DNA of 64,000 bases from Myxococcota bacterium (lineage in GTDB: Bacteria; Myxococcota_A; SURF-8). Below, piece after piece: positions 61,793-64,000 of the stretch; positions within the stretch are counted from its first letter, which is position 1, and every line of letters starts with the position of its first letter. The stretch is taken from NCBI GenBank assembly GCA_965140415.1, contig OZ223209.1, positions 5,376,001-5,440,000 on the forward strand. The letters are read 5' to 3'. The position numbers and the translations under genes were made by a program. The notes under the pieces were generated by a model that searched no databases, had not been told where the DNA came from, and was given only the letters and a program-made list of their open reading frames with translations.

Positions 61793-62335
61793 ATGAATCA
61801 AGAAGAAACAATGAACGAATCTGAACGACAGGAGGTCCAGAAAGTCAGTTTCGGTGATGCCTTGAAGGGCAAATACATGACCTTCAAGCTTGCCGAGGAG
61901 GCCTATGGTTTAGGCATTCTCAAGGTCAAAGAAATAATCGGCTACATGGATATCACCAAGGTCCCCAAGACTGAAAATTTCATGCGTGGCATCATCAATC
62001 TTCGGGGCAAAGTCATTCCGGTTATCGATCTGCGGCTGAAGTTCGGCATGGAAGAAATTGAACCAAACGAACAGACGGTCATCTTCGTTGCACAACTCCT
62101 TTATAAAGGTGATGAATTCACAATGGGTGTCATTGTCGATGAAGTGATGGAAGTGCTTGACATCCAGTCTGAACAAATTGAACCTCCGCCAAACTTTGGA
62201 ACCACTTCCATCAACACTGATTTTATCCTTGGTGTTGGAAAATCAGACGAGCGCGTGATTTTTCTTTTGGACATCAACAAAGTGTTAACGGGCGATGAAG
62301 TGAATTTGATCTCTTCCTCGCTGGAAGCTTCATAA
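61793..62335 (+). CDS. cheW: Chemotaxis coupling protein CheW
   Basis: YMTFKL, GIINLRGKVIPVIDLR, GVIVDEV. Confidence 0.95.
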   Translation: MNQEETMNESERQEVQKVSFGDALKGKYMTFKLAEEAYGLGILKVKEIIGYMDITKVPKTENFMRGIINLRGKVIPVIDLRLKFGMEEIEPNEQTVIFVAQLLYKGDEFTMGVIVDEVMEVLDIQSEQIEPPPNFGTTSINTDFILGVGKSDERVIFLLDINKVLTGDEVNLISSSLEAS

Positions 62336-62388
62336 GCAGCTATTTGAAAGAAAACCTGACTGTTGGGAATGAACTTAAGGAGGGAAAA

Positions 62389-64000
62389 ATGTTCGGGAAC
62401 ATGAAAATAGGGACCAAACTTGTGGCCGTTTTTCTATTGGTAGCGCTGATCGGAGTAGTGATTGGTGTGATCGGCTACACGTCAACGAAAGATGTGGGGG
62501 CGGGAGTTACGGAAATCGCCGATGTACGCCTACCGAGCGTTAGCGCTCTTTGGGAAATGTACGAAGCGCAATCAGCTGTTCTGGCAGGAGAAAGGGCATT
62601 ATTAAGCAGAAGGATGTTTAATGACAGCGAGGTTCGAGAGGCGAATATCCGCTTCATTGAATCTGCTCTGAACCGCGCAGAGGAAGCCTGGCAAAAATAC
62701 GCTCCATTGCCGCAAACGGAGGAAGAGGCTGAAATCTGGGAAAATTTCAAACCTCTTTGGAAAAACTGGAAATTGGAAGACAAGGAATTCCGAGCCTTGG
62801 TTGCTCAGAAAAAAAGTCTGCTGACAACAGGTGTACCTCTGGATGATCCGCAGATGAAAACCCACGATGATCGTCTTTACGCCAAGTCCGTTGATGTTCG
62901 GGCTGCCTTTCTGGAATCTCAGGCTTTACTAAAGGATCTTGTCGAGTTGAATGAGCGGGTTGCCGAGAAGGAGGCCGCTGCGGCTCACCTCACGGCAAGT
63001 TCTGCTCAGTCTCGTCTCATCTGGATCATGGTGATGGGTTTTTTGGTGGCTGCCGTTTTGGGTTATTTCTTCTCCAGTAGGCTCTCTGCACCTATCGTGA
63101 AATTACGCGACCTTGCGCAGGAAGTGGCGGACGGGAATCTGAATGTCAATGTGGACATTGAACGCGGCGACGAACTTGGAAAGCTGGCCGAAGCTTTCGG
63201 TGCCATGATTGAGAATTTACAGGAGTCGGGTACGAAGGTCCAAAGCGCCCTCGAAGACGCCGAACAGAAGGTGGAGAACCTGAATAGTATTCCCACCCCC
63301 ATCATGGCCATCGACACAGATTACAACGTTACGTATATGAATCCCACCGGGGCGAACCTGGTTGGCAAGACGCCGGATACGGTCAAGGGACTCAAATGTT
63401 ACGACCTTTTCAAAACACCTCACTGCCGAACGCCGGAATGCCGTTGCCAGCAGGCCATGCAGAATAACGCTGTGTTCTCCGGCGAAACCGTAGCCGACCC
63501 CAACGGCCTCAACATGCCCATCAAATACACCGGTGCACCGGTGAAAAACCAGAATGGTGAAATTGTCGGCTCACTGGAGTATGTAGTCGATATATCGGAG
63601 CAGAAAAAAGCGATGGATGATGCCTTGATCAAAGTGGGATACCTTGATGCGGTTCCGACGCCGGTCATGGTAATCGATCCTGAATACACGATCCAATACA
63701 TGAATCCTGCCGGAGCTGCTGTCGGTGGACGTAAACCGGAAGATGTTAAAGGCACCAAGTGCTATGATTTCTTCCGCACCGGGCATTGCAATACTTCCGA
63801 ATGTCGCTGCAAACAGGCTATGGCACAGAAAACCACGGTAAGTGGTGAAACCGCGGCCAGTGTCAACGGCAAAGAGATTCCGATAGATTACACTGGCGCA
63901 CCGTTGACGGATGGGAAAGGAAATATCATCGGCGCTCTGGAATATGTTCTGGATATTACCGAACGCAAGACGGTCCTTACAGACATTATCAACGTAGCCC
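62389..64000 (+). CDS. Chemoreceptor-like protein (TM, 4-helix bundle, TM, HAMP, PAS, PAS...), runs off the right edge
   Basis: MFGNMKIGTKL...; RGDELGKLAEAF HAMP; follows cheW; signalling domain not within the window. Confidence 0.8.
   Translation, partial: MFGNMKIGTKLVAVFLLVALIGVVIGVIGYTSTKDVGAGVTEIADVRLPSVSALWEMYEAQSAVLAGERALLSRRMFNDSEVREANIRFIESALNRAEEAWQKYAPLPQTEEEAEIWENFKPLWKNWKLEDKEFRALVAQKKSLLTTGVPLDDPQMKTHDDRLYAKSVDVRAAFLESQALLKDLVELNERVAEKEAAAAHLTASSAQSRLIWIMVMGFLVAAVLGYFFSSRLSAPIVKLRDLAQEVADGNLNVNVDIERGDELGKLAEAFGAMIENLQESGTKVQSALEDAEQKVENLNSIPTPIMAIDTDYNVTYMNPTGANLVGKTPDTVKGLKCYDLFKTPHCRTPECRCQQAMQNNAVFSGETVADPNGLNMPIKYTGAPVKNQNGEIVGSLEYVVDISEQKKAMDDALIKVGYLDAVPTPVMVIDPEYTIQYMNPAGAAVGGRKPEDVKGTKCYDFFRTGHCNTSECRCKQAMAQKTTVSGETAASVNGKEIPIDYTGAPLTDGKGNIIGALEYVLDITERKTVLTDIINVA

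Overview
Accessory region of a probable deltaproteobacterial/Myxococcota-like bacterium (lineage inferred from Cys-rich, DGD-repeat lipoproteins and a MYXO-CTERM-like tail). (1) 1-21 kb: large secreted or lipoprotein genes (FGE-like/DUF1566, EGF, YfaP-like, Kelch, LVIVD domains), including three Kelch paralogues with a shared core and different C-termini. (2) About 21.4-40.6 kb: core of an integrative element ending at a 3' fragment of tRNA-Thr(CGT). It encodes a tyrosine integrase, an excisionase-like HTH, a degenerate D5/P4-type helicase, a putative Rep with three 22-bp iterons, a ~1515-aa primase-helicase-exonuclease-PolA fusion, an IS481-like/HTH cluster, and an operon of sigma-like factor, SSB-like protein, ubiquitin-like protein, E2-like/Zn-finger protein and JAB peptidase with no E1 in the window. 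Relics of the JAB 3' end recur at 4.8 kb and 41.1 kb and a sigma paralogue at 46.2 kb, suggesting serial integration of sister elements. (3) 41-51 kb: more DGD lipoproteins and IS5/IS3 insertions. (4) 51-64 kb: PAS/GAF signalling genes, a sigma54 activator, IS200 tnpA, and a sigma54-promoted cheW-MCP operon. Domain calls are by motif recognition, not database search.
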